Source of the DNA: Deltaproteobacteria bacterium
Lineage (GTDB): Bacteria; Myxococcota_A; Polyangia; Polyangiales; Houyiibacteriaceae
DNA length: 19,170 nucleotides
Reading direction: 5' to 3'
NCBI GenBank assembly: GCA_034670305.1
Contig: JAXMNT010000083.1
Coordinates: 1-19,170 of the forward strand
Of this stretch, positions 18,749 through 19,170 are shown one piece after another. The translations under genes and the position numbers were made by a program. Numbering within the stretch: position 1 is the first letter of the stretch; each line of letters begins with the position of its first letter. The notes below the pieces were generated by a model, which was not told the origin of the DNA, made no database searches, and worked only from the letters and a program-made list of their open reading frames with translations.

Positions 18749-19170
18749 TCAGCGGTCAGATCGCTTGATCAGCGCGACGAGCATCGCGACGACCTGCTCA
18801 AGGTGGGCGAGAGCCCGTTCGATATTGCTGGTCTCTCGCGGGGTTCCTGCGGGCCCAGACGCCTTCGGCTTTCTTAGGGCCCTTGGAAACGGCTCTGGAA
18901 GCCAGAGCCTCCCGCGCGAGAGACAATATCGGGCCTCGATGCCTCGGCCCGACGGTCCGTGATTTCGAGCCAGGAGACGACCTCGATCGCGGAGCGCCAG
19001 GCCATCCGATAGAAGCGGGCCTTCTCCTTGGGACTGAACTCGCGTGCGCCCTCGGCGATGTTGGCGACGACGGAAGTCGCAGCGCGATCGATCTGGTCTC
19101 GGAGGTGAGCACGGCCTCGCGGGAGCTGCTCGGCGATGAGGTCGCAGGCGTCGAGGGCCTCGAGCGCTCG
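18749..19170 (-). pseudogene. Four-helix-bundle protein (TIGR02436 / '23S rRNA IVS protein' family) interrupted by a 100-bp insertion; 5' end outside the window
   Basis: Manual translation from 19170 gives RALEALDACDLIAEQLPRGRAHLRDQIDRAATSVVANIAEGAREFSPKEKARFYRMAWRSAIEVVSWLEI... with the signature QxxRAxxSxxxNIAEG. As written it stops at TAA 18874-18876 inside the insert. Removing the insert gives ...SRPDIERALAHLEQVVAMLVALIKRSDR* with the stop at 18749-18751. Confidence 0.88.
18826..18925. mobile_element. 100-bp structured miniature insertion element with TG...CA ends and a 4-bp ATAT duplication
   Basis: ATAT(18822-18825)-TGCTGGTCTCTCGCG...CGCGAGAGACA-ATAT(18926-18929). Deleting the element plus one ATAT restores the host reading frame. 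Confidence 0.85.

Noticed and set aside
18822-18929. Canonical integron attC site
   Set aside because: It lacks the RYYYAAC/GTTRRRY core sites and no integrase is in the window. Only the bulged-hairpin principle is similar.
18714-19112. ORFs 18714..18962 (+) and 18798..19112 (-)
   Set aside because: They are off-frame or antisense to the four-helix-bundle gene, whose signature lies in the frame starting at 19170.
18749-19170. Diversity-generating retroelement, prompted by the Avd-like fold
   Set aside because: There is no reverse transcriptase and no TR/VR pair with adenine-specific mismatches. The 60-bp repeats differ only by one G/C.

Overview
High-GC bacterial chromosomal window. The paired Ser/Thr kinases, Cys-rich lipoproteins and NTCGGC intergenic tracts suggest a myxobacterium (inference). 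In order: the right end of an IS66-family element; an FAD-dependent phytoene-desaturase-family oxidoreductase; a DUF423 membrane protein; two divergent Hanks-type Ser/Thr kinases; sdhCAB; a KamA-family radical SAM aminomutase; an ATP-dependent PEP carboxykinase; three probable lipoproteins; an HSL-family esterase; a small outer-membrane beta-barrel; and a four-helix-bundle (TIGR02436-type) gene that the ORF track misses. The most notable signal is non-coding. An exactly 100-bp, highly structured element (18826-18925) with bulged inverted ends and an ATAT duplication interrupts the four-helix-bundle gene, and removing it restores the reading frame. A 227-bp unit with similar end architecture, plus a truncated tandem copy, lies at 16884-17174. 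The window also carries strand-polarised hexamer tracts and an inverted pair of G-rich GGGCAA tracts.
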